Shown here: positions 46,801 to 59,099 of the stretch, one piece after another
How the letters are laid out: every line of letters begins with the position of its first letter
Position numbering within the stretch: position 1 is the stretch's first letter
Source of the DNA: Azolla caroliniana
Lineage: Eukaryota; Plantae; Polypodiophyta
Direction of reading: 5' to 3'
Length of the DNA stretch: 64,000 nt
Assembly (NCBI GenBank): GCA_043228905.1
Contig: JBHGNT010000022.1
Span: 2,976,001 to 3,040,000, forward strand
Position numbers and translations under genes: made by a program
The notes under the pieces: model-generated
The model's input: only the letters and a program-made list of their open reading frames with translations
Databases searched by the model: none
Told to the model about the DNA's origin: nothing

Positions 46801-49404
46801 TTACACGTTATCATAGGGCATCAGTTGAACCTTGCCCTTTCTTAGTTATTTCTGACGTTGCCTTTGTTGATCATGGGAATACAAACTTTCCTTTTTCTCT
46901 CTTCATATATTGATGGAGTCTCTCATTGCGAACACATTTGTTTTCATAAACATGTTTCTGAAAGAATATGCCTCAACTTAGTGCTTTCTATCATTTTCTC
47001 ATGTTCATCATAAAAATATGGGGAATATCATGCAAATATCCACATTTATAGGAGTTTTCAAAGAGATCTACATGGGTCAATGGATTGAAAACATAAGGCT
47101 GATAATAGAAATGCAAGATTAATAAAGTGTATCTTTGATCTCAAATATAATAGTGGATACGTCCTTGGCTTCAGGTTTAACAGTGGCAGTTGATTCAATT
47201 TTCTGGCAGCGTTGGTTGTGGCCAGAGATGGAAGTGTTTTGGTTCAACTCTGTATTGAATCGAAGCTCAGAATGGGGGGTAAGCATTATATTACAGATCC
47301 ATTCATTCATGTTTTATAGTTGACTCCCTAAAATTGTGTGGTTAAGGATGACATAGGTTTCTCCAGCCCATTGGTACTTCACGTCAGCTCTGCCCCGGGC
47401 AATGCTAGGAGCTTATCCTCTTTCTTTTGTATGCAATGCTCATCATGCTCTATATAATTTTTAAGAGTATACTTAAATTGGGGTTTACATAGCGCACTAG
47501 ATAATTTTTAAGAGTATATGTATATTGGTGTTTTCTTACCAGCTTGGTTTAGTGTTGGAACGACGAGTAGCCAAATATGCACTTCCAATATTTGCTTTTA
47601 TTTTACTCTATTCAAAACTTCCACATAAGGTGAGCATTTTAGCCATGTATTTTGCATTTATTATATTGTAAGAATGAATTGAATATTTATAATTATGTAT
47701 AGGATATTGCTACTGCAGGAACTCAGATTTATATTTTTTGCTCTGCCAATCCTCAATTTGTCAGCAGCAGCAGCTCTTTCCAGAATGTAAGGTGTAATAA
47801 AGGTCTTAAATTGCTTGATGTAATATGTATAGTACGAAAGAAACCAGAAAATTGGTTGATGAACACTCATGGTTCCCATTCTGTTATCATGCACAGTCAC
47901 TATCTTTGATCCGACTGCCTATCATGTCTACTTTTCATATGCTATTTTCCTCCCTCAAGAATTTCAACAGAATTTTTTAATCATTATATGTGGTGTCTTG
48001 ACCTCCAGTTACAATAATCGAAGGAAACGAGTATGGGCATTCATGTTTATTGGATGTATTCTTTTGTTATTAGCAAGGTAATCTGATGGGTAGATAATTG
48101 CTAGATTCTTATTTTTTCAATTACTTTGATGGAACAGTTTTCTTGATTTTTCAGTGCAATTTTTGTGGGGATACTGTCATTAGCTTCTTATGCAAACTAT
48201 CCTGGAGGAAATGCTCTCGGTATCCTTCATGCCACAGGTGTGTAGAATATATGCACATAACATGGTCATTTCATAAATTCCTTTTATTTATTTTTATGGG
48301 TTTTAATTTCTTACATGATATTGAGGTTTCTCACTAGTAATAAAAGGTAGAAAAACCACGTAAGCACCTTATTAGTTTCAAAATTTACTGGAATGTCCTC
48401 CTTTAGTAACCCAACAACTACATCGGGTTATTTTGGTAATTTGGGTAAACTTAATTGTATTATGGTAATCGCCCAATAAATTTGGGGTATTGTGATATTT
48501 TCTTCCCTGTACTCCATTACCAAATAAAGTATGCATACCATGTGAAGTGTCATGTTGATTGGCTTTCTTTGGACATGACCAAACACGTTATCCTACAGAT
48601 ACTTCCACTACGGATGCAACGCGACTTGTCCACATTGATGTCCTTCCAGCAATGACGGGGGTGTCCCGTTTCTGTGAGAGAGGTCCACCATGGACTTATT
48701 CCAAAGAAGAGAACCTGTCTATTCAAGACTTACATCTGTATAACTTCACATACTTGGTCAGGTACGTTTTTTCTGTTGGTTGGGGTTACCATTATGTTTC
48801 TTTCAAATCTGTATGTATGTGTGTATGTGTGTGTGTGTTGTGTGTGTATGTATGTGTGTATGTGTGTGTATGTGTGTTTGTGTTAGATATATGTACATAT
48901 ATCTTATGCACACACATATATATACAGTTCACACCCCTCTGTCAACGAATATCGCTGCCTGATGTCAGTAAAAGGCTTCTCCAAAATTCAACTACATTTC
49001 TCACTTGTACCATTTCATCTGGTGAGTTCGTACCTCTCGCAAATATGTTTTGTAACTCTTATCATATCAATGTCACATTCCCATGATCACAAACTAAAAA
49101 CATGAAAACTTGTTACAAGGAAATGTAACTTTGGACTTACACCCACAACCTTAAAAGTCATAAAGGATAGATAACCATTGGCGCTTTATCATCATGATCT
49201 TCAAGCTAGTCTAGACTTACAATTTTCTATGAATATTGCTTTCTGAGAGTGCTTTTAGCTACATAATGTCTGGTTTAATATTACTTTGTTCTTTTTCTGG
49301 CTCGTGGATCGTGTTTGCAGTTAATGAAGCCACTAGTTTACATCCATGGACATAAAAAAAGCATGGTGGTTGATATGAACAAATGGCCTGGTTGTGAAGT
49401 ATGA
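31366..49404 (+). CDS. ALG12: Dol-P-Man:Man7GlcNAc2-PP-Dol alpha-1,6-mannosyltransferase (ALG12/EBS4-like), 19 exons, about 508 aa
   Basis: Exons: 31366-31438 (putative, phase-compatible), 42149-42234, 43308-43349, 43465-43510, 44019-44105, 44202-44257, 44345-44462, 44574-44632, 45236-45307, 45400-45463, 47175-47278, 47357-47428, 47543-47629, 47719-47786, 48009-48077, 48155-48237, 48599-48761, 48928-49021, 49321-49404. All are GT-AG and in frame. Motifs [56 protein letters not shown]. Confidence 0.93.
33328..35907 (-). mobile_element. Tandem miniature LTR retroelement (three ~150-bp LTRs, two internal units; TRIM-like, gypsy-derived), tRNA-Ala PBS
   Basis: LTRs 33328-33524, 34555-34704 and 35759-35907 (TGTG...CACA). 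PBS-like ccgcatctccacca at 34538-34551 and ctgcttctccacca at 35742-35755. PPT GGGG(GG)AAA. Protease relic (34174-34491) and integrase relic (33474-33968). Confidence 0.8.
34714..35110 (-). mobile_element. Solo LTR (397 bp) inserted in the TRIM polypurine tract
   Basis: TGTAAAG...CTCAACA termini and TSD CCCCC. The paralogous empty site is visible at 33525-33545. Confidence 0.88.
36488..36934. repeat. Tandem duplication, about 221-bp unit
   Basis: 36488-36712 is repeated at 36709-36934 with CATG at the junctions. Confidence 0.9.
37205..41406 (-). pseudogene. Copia gag-pol with frameshifts and stops
   Basis: ORFs 39970-41406, 39139-39843, 38494-39111 and 37532-38503 are successive pieces of one polyprotein. 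Confidence 0.9.
41405..41630. repeat. About 23-bp minisatellite (CTCTGCTCTGCAGAAACCCTAAT) in the copia leader
   Basis: About 8-9 tandem copies between the PBS and the gag start. Confidence 0.9.
45535..46578. mobile_element. Probable solo LTR / TE relic (about 1 kb) in ALG12 intron 10
   Basis: TGGTGA...TCACCA inverted ends, higher GC than the surrounding intron, and internal TTCCT(C/T)GA repeats. No clean TSD. Confidence 0.45.
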
Positions 49405-51888
49405 ATTTTGAGGTGTACATGCTTTTTGACATGAGCAAAATATGGGTGGATGCACCCAAGGCAGCAGATATTAAGGTATGATAATTCAACTAGAGAACAT
49501 TGAATATAGCCGTAAACCTGCCATTTTATTACCGACATATTCACATTAGGCGATACTTCTGCATAAAACTAGTTCATTGAAATTTGTAAAGTCCCCACTC
49601 AAATCTACTTATGAGAATTTATTCATAGAAATGTTTATTTGAGAACCTTAAATATTTTGCATCAATATTGAATCATGGAGACACAAGATGTTGGTTGAGA
49701 TTTATTAACATTTTAGACATTATTCTTCACATGAGGGTGAGGGTAGTTGAATGATTTCACAAGCAAATTCATCTATTGTAAGCTCACCCCTAAGTAATCT
49801 CATTGCGTTATATACATAAAATTAATTTGTAGCTTATTGGCTTGAGAATAATATGTAATATCATTTTGGAATTTTTTAGTCATGCGCTTGTATAGAAGTT
49901 TACATCTCTTGGAAAGTTATTGTCAAATTATCATTATTTTGTATACTTGGAGATCCATTGTTGGATTTAAAATTATTGGCTAATGTACACCCATTGATAT
50001 ATGTTTTATTACAATATTTGGTGTATTTGTGGAACTTTAGGATGGAGTGAATATGAAGAAATCATTTTCTTATCAAGATTCATAACATGAGCATAGTAGG
50101 ATATAAAGCCATAATTCAATTTGATGAACTTTAAATGAACAAAGAATTTTTTAGATAAGGCCTATCTCTCTTTGCTTTCTTTATCTACTCTCCTTATTGT
50201 TTCTTCACCCCCAAAAGGTGTCTTGGATGTACTAAGTCCATATGAAGAAGTAATGACTACATTTGGAGGCCCATCTCCTTTGGCATTTTATTCTATTTGT
50301 TTCCTTGTTTCTTCACCTTGAGAAGGGATACTTCTTGCTTGCTTTGAAGGCACAATGCAATGACTAGGTTTGGACCAATAGACCTTGCATATACAATAAA
50401 ACAAAATGCCTATTGTAGCACATGTCTAGCCCAACCCTAAAGGCCAATGTGAGGTTGATGTCATCCTCGATTTATTCAATAGTAGAATCACGAGAAATCT
50501 CTTGTGAGTGCAACATCAACAATGATAGTCATTGATCATAGACTAATCACAAATGGAATATAGATTCATTGCTAGATACCAAAAACTCAGTTACCATTGG
50601 CCTGTACTTAATTTGGTTATTATATCACCCACAACCCAAAAAGCAGGCTGGAAAGTTCCTCACAAGTTCTAGCTAATGAAAGGAAATGCATGTTGTATAG
50701 TATTAGGTAGGCACTTGAAAATCCATATGTTAGTTCAAACATGCTAGATGTGCACATGATTACATGGTGCTTAATGTAGTAGGAAATTCTATAAGATTTT
50801 GAAATCCAAACAAAGGTAATGTTTACCACTTCATCAAGTAATGGTTCATTTTTTGAAGAGGATCATAACTTGTAGACTTGTTCCACTCTATTTCTTAGTT
50901 AGGGTATAATGCTTCCATGGCTGAATTATACAAAGTACAAGCAATAGAGCAACTAGAGGATTGCGGCGCCTAATTGTTGGCCCAAATTTTATGTCCATGC
51001 TCAACTAGGAACTGATATAGTATTGACCTTTCTAGAACATAACTCATACCTATACTATAACATGATGTGAGTCTAGATGTCACTATCGATGACGTGTGTT
51101 CAATAATCTTTTGGCTATGGGGCCTAAAGTTTATCAAATCGTTGGATTTACCATTTGTTCCTATCATGCACTTTGATGAGTGAGTGGGGAGCAAATTCTC
51201 TCACGCACCTTGCTAACCTTGCAACATATTTGTCTCAAACTTTAATGAAGTAAAGTTGAAAATGTCATGTGAATCTATTGCACATCCTCATCATTGTAAA
51301 CTTTGTGAAATATTGACGCATTAAGTATAGCACTAATATTTCTTACTTATGTAGAACAATTGTTGAGATACAAGGTTTTTGTCTTCACCATCTACCATTT
51401 TGTAACCTTGAACTACAACCTTAAGCTTGTGAAGTGCAAGCAATTCCTAATAAGGTAACCTATGCAATATATAAATGATGACCAATAGCTTGCAATGGAA
51501 AGAAAATGGATTTTAAAAGACAAAGAAACTTGTCAAAGTTGGTTTCATGGATTACAAGCATCATCTTGTGTTTTGGCCACAATTTGTTCATGTCATGTGG
51601 AATTATAGATTGCAATAAGGCAATATTTTAGAATTGAAAGTACCAAAGATATCATGTGCCCCCTTTCTTGTGGTAAACATTTTATTTGCCTATAATTACA
51701 ATATTTATGGTCTTGCACCCCATAAGCATCATAATTAATCCACATATACATCAAAGCCATGTGTATCTACTACACAAGGCAAGTCATGCACCAACACTAT
51801 GATATCTCACTCCTTTCCAATAGATTTGAGAAACAAGTCAAAATTATAGCGTGTGCAACAATAATCAATCATTCCCCAACAATTCCTA

Positions 51889-52223
51889 CCAAATAAGAAC
51901 ATGGAAGCATTGCTTATCAACCTAAAAACAAACACTCGCTACTTTTGAAATGCTTTAGAACAGCTCGGAAAGCAAACTATGGAGAGAGATAGAGAGAGAG
52001 AATGTTCAGAAAGCACGGGGAAATTTGCAAGTACACCAACAAAACTAACATCCAAATTCGTGTTGAATAAGAACATGGACGCATTGCTTATCAACCTAAA
52101 AACAAACACTCACTACTTTTGAAATGCTTTGGAACAACTTGGAAAGTAAACTATGGAGAGAAAGAGAATGTTCAGAAAGCACGTAGAAATTTGCAAGTAC
52201 ACCAACAAAACTAACATCCAAAT
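51889..52223. repeat. Tandem duplication, about 178-bp unit
   Basis: ataagaacatgga...aaactaacatccaaattc occurs twice. Confidence 0.85.
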
Positions 52224-52597
52224 TCCATTGCACCTACAACGATAAGCAATGGAAGCAATGAAAATGTGAGTTGAAATGCATAAATCCTCCATGTCCTTCA
52301 TGCAACAATACATACACTTTGAAAGGAGAGTATCTACGATAGAAAAAAAGGAGACACATTTTTAACGAAACTACCATCAAGTTTCAATTTGCACTTGCAA
52401 TTGTGGTAAGCAAAGGAGCGGGCCAAAGAGAAGCCATAAAATGCAACATTCTACCAAAGTCCTCGAAGAGGGAAGCATGTCCCTTTTAGAGGGCAACATA
52501 GATCGACCCGGTTCTTCCACGTAACCATTGAAGCTACACTCAAAGAAGTGACCAAGAAAAAAAAGAACACTTCAGTCGTGCTGGCAATGTTGTTAGG

Positions 52598-52980
52598 AGG
52601 GGACATGTTTGGACATTTTTTATTGGCCCATAGTGTTGTCCAAGTCGGTACTTATTGCCACCCATTGTTTCCTGGACAACTGGTCTAGGCCTAGTCTCAA
52701 CTGGTTACGAAGATTTAGGCTTAAACTTCCCGATGGCCGGCTGGCCCCTTTGATATGCGGACACATTGGGTTGGCCAAGTTAGGAAGGGGACATGTTTGG
52801 GCATTTTTTTAGTAACCCATAACTTTGTCCGGTCAATACCTCCTGCCACCCATTGTTTACTGGACAACTGCTCTACGCCTGCCTAGTCGCAAGTGGTTAT
52901 GAAGCTTTGGGCGTAAACTTCCCTTCCCGATGGCCAGCTCGTCCCTCTGATATGATATGTGGACACATTGGGCTGGCCAA
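52598..52980. repeat. Diverged tandem duplication, about 190-bp unit
   Basis: aggggacatgtttgg...ggacacattggg(t/c)tggccaa occurs twice. Confidence 0.75.
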
Positions 52981-53097
52981 AGACGTTAATACATATATCT
53001 TTCTTTCTCTCTCTCTCTCTCTCCTTCTTTAAACCTAAGGATCCATAGATTGCCTCACACCTTTTGATATTCAGTTTCAAGAACTTGCCAATGCGTC

Positions 53098-53360
53098 TCC
53101 TGAACCCATCCATATCAATCAACAAGGTATGTATGTATGTATGTATGTATGTATGTATGTATGTATGTTTGTATGTGTATGTATGCATGTGCGTATGTAT
53201 GTATCCCCTGAATCCATCCATATCAATCAACAAGGTATGTATGTATGTACATATATGTACGTATGTATCTCCTGAACCCATCCATATCAATCAACAAGGT
53301 ATGCATGTATGTACATGTGTATGTTTGTATGTATATGTAGGTATGTATGTTTGTATGTAT
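53098..53360 (+). repeat. Three copies of CCTGAA(C/T)CCATCCATATCAATCAACAAG|GTATG with (GTAT)n tracts
   Basis: Copies at about 53099, 53207 and 53271. Confidence 0.85.
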
Positions 53361-54729
53361 GCGTTTGCCCATGCGTCCTTGAGAGTGTATGGATGCATGT
53401 ATGTATTTGTTCTCTTACTTTGATCTGAAAAAGGTTTTTGCTTCATTAATCGTGTTTACATGTTGATGTCATCCAGATTTTCATGTTAAAGTATTGCTGA
53501 TCAAAATCAATCATCAAATCCTTGAATCGGAGGTGGGTTCTTTAACCACATTTTATTTCTGTTTTGTTTTATGAATTCGTGTTGATTTTTGTCTCTTATG
53601 TATGTGTGTGTATGTGATTTGGGTTTCTTAATCGATGCAGCAGCATACATACACACGTATTGCATAAATATTCTCCATATTGTCACATTAATCTCTGCTA
53701 ATCAAACCCAATCATCAAATACGATTGCATGAGAGGTGATTTTTATCATTATTTCGAAATTCTGCCATGGTTAATGCATAGAAATGGCTTTCTTCTTATG
53801 TAAACATATGTGAGTATGTTGATGTATTCTCAACTGTATGGACAAGATTTTTTTTCCTCATCATGCAGTCATACTCAATGAACCCACACATATGTGAGCA
53901 TCTCAATGTATGCTAAACTTTAACCAGTAAACTTTCATACCATAGGTTTGGCGACAGCCCAGACACTCGTCAGGACCAAGACCTTATATATATAAATATA
54001 TATGTCCTCAAACCCTTGAATAAAGGATATATCTTATCGGAATTGTAGTTTTTATATCTATAGACTATAATCACATTTCTAGAAGGTAGCTATCCCTTAT
54101 ATGTATCCCTAACACCTAGTTCTAATGTCCGCAGTTGTTCAGATTCTCCATGGGTAAATACATCAACATACAAATGAGCTCATCTCGTTGTTATTTGTTT
54201 TGAATGTATCGGACAACTATGTCATATTCAACAAAAGATGAAATGGTTCATCAATTAATCAAAATCATGCTACAATCAAGAATTTTGAATAGCCTTCTTG
54301 GGTCAATTCTCATGAACTCATAACGCTCATGTACATATTATAGCCCTTTATACATGGAGGTTGCACACATTTAGGGATTATCTCTATCTACATTAACTTT
54401 CAAACATGTCATGGACTGTGTGTGTGTGTGTGTGTGCGCACACACACACACACACATCTGAAGCGTATGTGACATAAAATATGAAAGTAATCGTGCATTC
54501 TGTCATTTCATCCAAAATAAAAGGAATGGAGATAAACATCTAAATAAGTAATTTCACACATAGTAAATATGTTTGTGAATGTCCATTAAGTGTGTTTTCT
54601 AAAGAATGTTTATTGGTTCATGGTGGTCCTTCATACAGTAGGAAACCAAAAGAAGTGCAATGATATGAAAAGCTCGGTTCATAGGGCTTGGATTCACAAG
54701 ATTTTCAGTTGCGAAAACTTTACAAGTAC

Positions 54730-57700
54730 ATGAACATGGCATACAACCTGGTTAAGGTTTCCACTTCCACATTAGTTTTATGCCTTCAGTGTCCGCTATG
54801 CAACAATTTGATCCATGATGCAACTACCATATCTGAATGCCTTCATTCATGTAAGCAAACTATTCATACTGTTTTCAAAGTATCTCACTAAAATAAAAAA
54901 CGATTCATACATTTGGATTATGCTCTTAATATTCAAGTAGAGATTTAATATTAAGAAATGGGAGTTAAGTTTTTCACCAAAATTTAATGGTATGTAAAAT
55001 GTGGGTACATGCAATTAATAACCTAAAAGAGCATCAAGACAATGCATAGAAAATGAGCATTTGTTTGTCACATTATAGAAAATTGGCCATTATCACTTCT
55101 TTAATGTAAGGTTTGTGCAGGAAGAATACACATATAAACAAACCAACCTGAGTTTTGTTTTTCCTCTTAATAGGACCACCGGTAGCTTTTAAAAGGAGTT
55201 AAGTAGTCCCTCATTTGTGAGAGCTAGAGGATGAAAATAATGTCTATATTACAATAAAATTATCTACAATTGTGCCATTGTAAGGGGAAATAGGTGAAAA
55301 AAGCAAAAGCCACTGCAAGGGATGGCATCCCTGCTATCATGAGCCATCATCTCTTGTTACAGGTGTGACCATAATTTATCCAGTGGTAAGTGTACCATAG
55401 TATTCTATACACGAGGATGAAGTGTGAGGGTTAATTGAGAGTGTAAAGAAGGGAGGATTACTTTTAATCCTAGGAATTGAGACAACCCATAAGGGCCAAG
55501 TGTGAACTTGCCTGGGGGCCTTAGGTTTGGCTATAAGTATGAGACCTCGCTACCCTCATTAGAAAGGTCATTTGACTACGACGAGACTGTGATTTAGTGG
55601 TGATCAAACTCTTGTAGCGAGCGCGCCAGTACTAGGTACGACTCGATGCCAAGGAGGTGGTATGGGACGCCGATTGAGGCTTGAATCGGTCTCGATCCCT
55701 TCGCTAAGGGGTGGTCGGGTGGATCTGCACCCATCTTTCTCTCTCTTTTCTTATCTATCTATATTATAATCACTTATTTCATGCTTACATTTGGATTAAG
55801 CTCTAACATCTCATGACACCTAGATAGGTTTATGACTATGAAAACAACATTTTCTCCCAAAAGTAATAGGACTCATAACTTGTATATTGTGCAATCAAGC
55901 CCAGTAGGTACATCATTGGTGTAGGCACTTCATGTGATTCTCTTCATCCTTTTTTATAGTAGAAGTTAAGATTAGGGAAGAGGGTGACATACAATCAAGC
56001 TTTAGTGGAACCTTGTCTTGTGAATACACTTAGTTCATTTCCAGAATAAGATTGGCGAGAAGGTATGCAGCATGGGAATCACTTGATAGCACATGGTATG
56101 AGTTTGAGAGCCTTACATCAAATTATATTTTTCAACTTGCTCGGTCATTTGTGACACTGATTCTCTTATGGGGAGCAATTTGTCTGTTCTGCATACGAAG
56201 TAAGTTCGGCCATATTGATGTCGAAGAAAATCTGTGAGCATTTTGAACCTGGGTATTATGGTAACGGATGTCCTGTATGTATGACCTGTTCTTTAAGGAA
56301 GAAAACAAACAGACCTTTCTATTCTTGCAGTTTGTAAAGTTTGCATATATGAGGAGTTAGATGATGGAGAGGGTGACTGCTGTCCAATCTGTGATGTTAA
56401 TCTTGGTGGCTCACCTTTAGAAAAATTGAGGTATGGAAATCTTGTGTGAATCATTTACGAAATGATATAAAATCAAACATTATTTGGAGGGAGGGTTACT
56501 ACATTACATAAATCAAACACACCATATGTGTATGCATTTGACATTTATGGTGTGTTTTGCTTAGCAAATTTATAATGTATTCCTTGGCTTGATTTCAACA
56601 ATAACTCAGGGTGGATCGCCAACTCAATGACATCTGTGCCAAGTTGTTAACTGGCAAATTGAAAAAGAGAAAGTTGACTGATATTGATTTGGATGAAGAT
56701 GCCAAGCCTAACAAAAGGAGGGAAAGAACGCTTGCATCACTTGGGATAGGGTTACTATCATGTGTAAACCCTGGATTTGTTCAACGAAAGACTATATCTG
56801 TTTCACGGAGGTCTACTATGGCCACCATGTTAACTGATACTGAGGAATCAGAAGACGAAAAGTCAATGTGTATTGCCTCAGACTTGGACTCGGACCATGA
56901 AGGCACCTTTAATATAAAGAATAGGATCCTACGCACTCACAATAGGTATGACAGCATGTCTTCTACAGGCAAGGAAGAAGTTGTGTCTATAGACAAAAGA
57001 GTTCATGAACAGGGAGTTGTAAATGAACAAACATTAGAAGGGAAACAAGTAAATATTGCTTCATCCAGAAGAGACATTATAGATGGAGGCAAAAAAGCGG
57101 ACAGAAAGGAATATGGAAAGCTCCAGAAGGGAGTTCATGACAAAAAGAATAGAAGAGATGCAAGGGGCCCCATGCTTTTGGCCAAACCAGAAAAACCTAA
57201 GCAAAACCATATGATTTCTTATGTACCCCATGCGTCTCTCGTTCATGAGAAAATCCCATCCTTGTTTAATTCTTTTAGGCATGTAGATCAAGAAGTATCA
57301 GTAGCTGTTAAAAAAGGCCTTTCATATGACAAAGAAGTATCTGTAGCTGTTAAAACAGGGCATTCACACAATGGATCAAAATTGCCTCCAAATCATCTAG
57401 ATTCAGTGGAGAAGCCAAAGAAACAAAGCACCACAGGTGTTTGGTTTATTCTTCAAGCTCGAGATGCTCGGTAAGTTTTTCAACCTTGTTTTGGGTTTAT
57501 TGCTTTTTTCTTCACTTTAATGTTAGAATGACTTTCTTGTTTTGTTGTTTTGTTGCTTTCTTTTTTGTCATTTTTAGTTTTTTCTTCAATATTTTAGTTG
57601 CATTCTAGTACTAAGCCAAATTTTACTAACTCATGCATTCAGGTTCAAATCATATTATATTCACTCCACTCTTAGATACCATTGTTAAATGTATGGATGT

Positions 57701-58467
57701 ATGTAGGGGTTGAATGCATGACCTTCTGGTCACCACCAGATAACATTACCAAGTACGCTACAACTGTTAGGGCACTTTTTTATCTTTCTCTCTATTGATG
57801 GGGTGTCAGTCAATTGTTAATTGGGATGATCCAGACATAAAGTTTTCCTTTAGTTTTAAGTGTATATAGAACACTGAATTTTCTATTGATAATGCTAGAA
57901 TGGGAATGAATGGTCTTCCACAGCTATCTAATCAGTACGTAGAGATCAGGTACTTTTTTTTCTTCGGATGTTCATTTAAATTTTATTCAAACATGCCAAT
58001 AACTGTTTTATTTTGTCTCTATATTTTCACTAGAGATGGTAACATTCCAATTTCTGTTGTGAAAGAGTATGTGATGAAACAGCTCCATTTGAAGAGTGAA
58101 GACGACGTAAGTCTTGTTAGTTGCATATTTGGCCTCGTCATTTTGCTCATCTTTATCGGATCTAATTCAAATGATGAAAAATAGCATATGTTTTGTTCAC
58201 ATTTTGTTCAACTTTATCGGATCTAATTCAAATGACAAAACAAATTTCCTTGGATTTTTTGCAACTATCTAGGTAGAAATCGCTTGCAACGGTCAATCTT
58301 TGGCTCCAAATTTATCCCTCGAAAGTGTTCAAGGAATGTGGTTTTCTGCGGCACCGTCGATTAGAGTTCCGTCAATGAAGCATAGTCATTCAAAGGATTA
58401 CACGATGGTCCTAACATATGGGCTTACCCCTCGCCACAAATCCCTATCCTCAAACCCATGCCTTTAG
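54730..58467 (+). CDS. DRIP/BMI1-like C3HC4 RING E3 ubiquitin ligase with C-terminal RAWUL domain (PRC1 component), 6 coding exons, about 466 aa
   Basis: Exons 54730-54850, 56331-56430, 56610-57470, 57899-57949, 58034-58106 and 58273-58467, all GT-AG and in frame. RING CPLC...ATTISECLHSFCKVCI...CCPIC...PLEKLRVD. RAWUL VWFIL, LPQL, RDGNIPISVVKEY, VEIACNGQ, MVLTYG. Confidence 0.92.
55355..55808 (+). mobile_element. Solo LTR (454 bp) in the first coding intron of the BMI1-like gene
   Basis: TGTTA...TAACA termini, flanks TCTCT/TCTCA, and shared sequence with 28597-29018. Confidence 0.7.
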
Positions 58468-59099
58468 GTGGTGGTAAGAGATTTTTGCTACAATAATTAA
58501 AAGACAAAAAAGACGCTTTAGAGAATGATAAACACAAAATACCATGGCAACCTTCTTACTTCAGCTATAGTAAATATACAATCAATCTACCCCCCTTGTA
58601 CCATCTTAATATAATAAAATGTTGCCTTTGAGAGGGTTATGTTAGGTGTAGGCATGTCATGATGAAGCATACAATGATATGATATTGATGTGAGCACAAA
58701 CTGTCAATCTTTTGAGTGCAGCCCCCGTGAGATGCCCTTCGGAGTCCTTAAACATGAAGCGAGAGATTGTTAAATCACTATACATCAACTAATGAAAAGA
58801 ACAGTATAGTTTCCTATTATATCATACACCATGCATTTTAATCATTTGTTGGGTGCACAAATACACACTAAATAATGTACATAGATGAATAAGGCAATCA
58901 AAAAAGGTTATTACTAGGAGTATGGCTAGGAGAACATATAGGGCCATGTGTCTAACCTCATATGTATATAGGCTTTTGCAAGATTGGTTGATTCTTGTAT
59001 GAGTTCAATTTGTCTATGACAGTGAGAACGAGTATTTTCTATGCATTAGTGTTTCTTGTGAATGAATAAGGTTTGGTGTTGCAATGAAGGTAAGCATTT

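Noticed and set aside
49560-51880. AT-rich region after ALG12 with faint transposase-like fragments
   Set aside because: No frame or termini could be established by eye.
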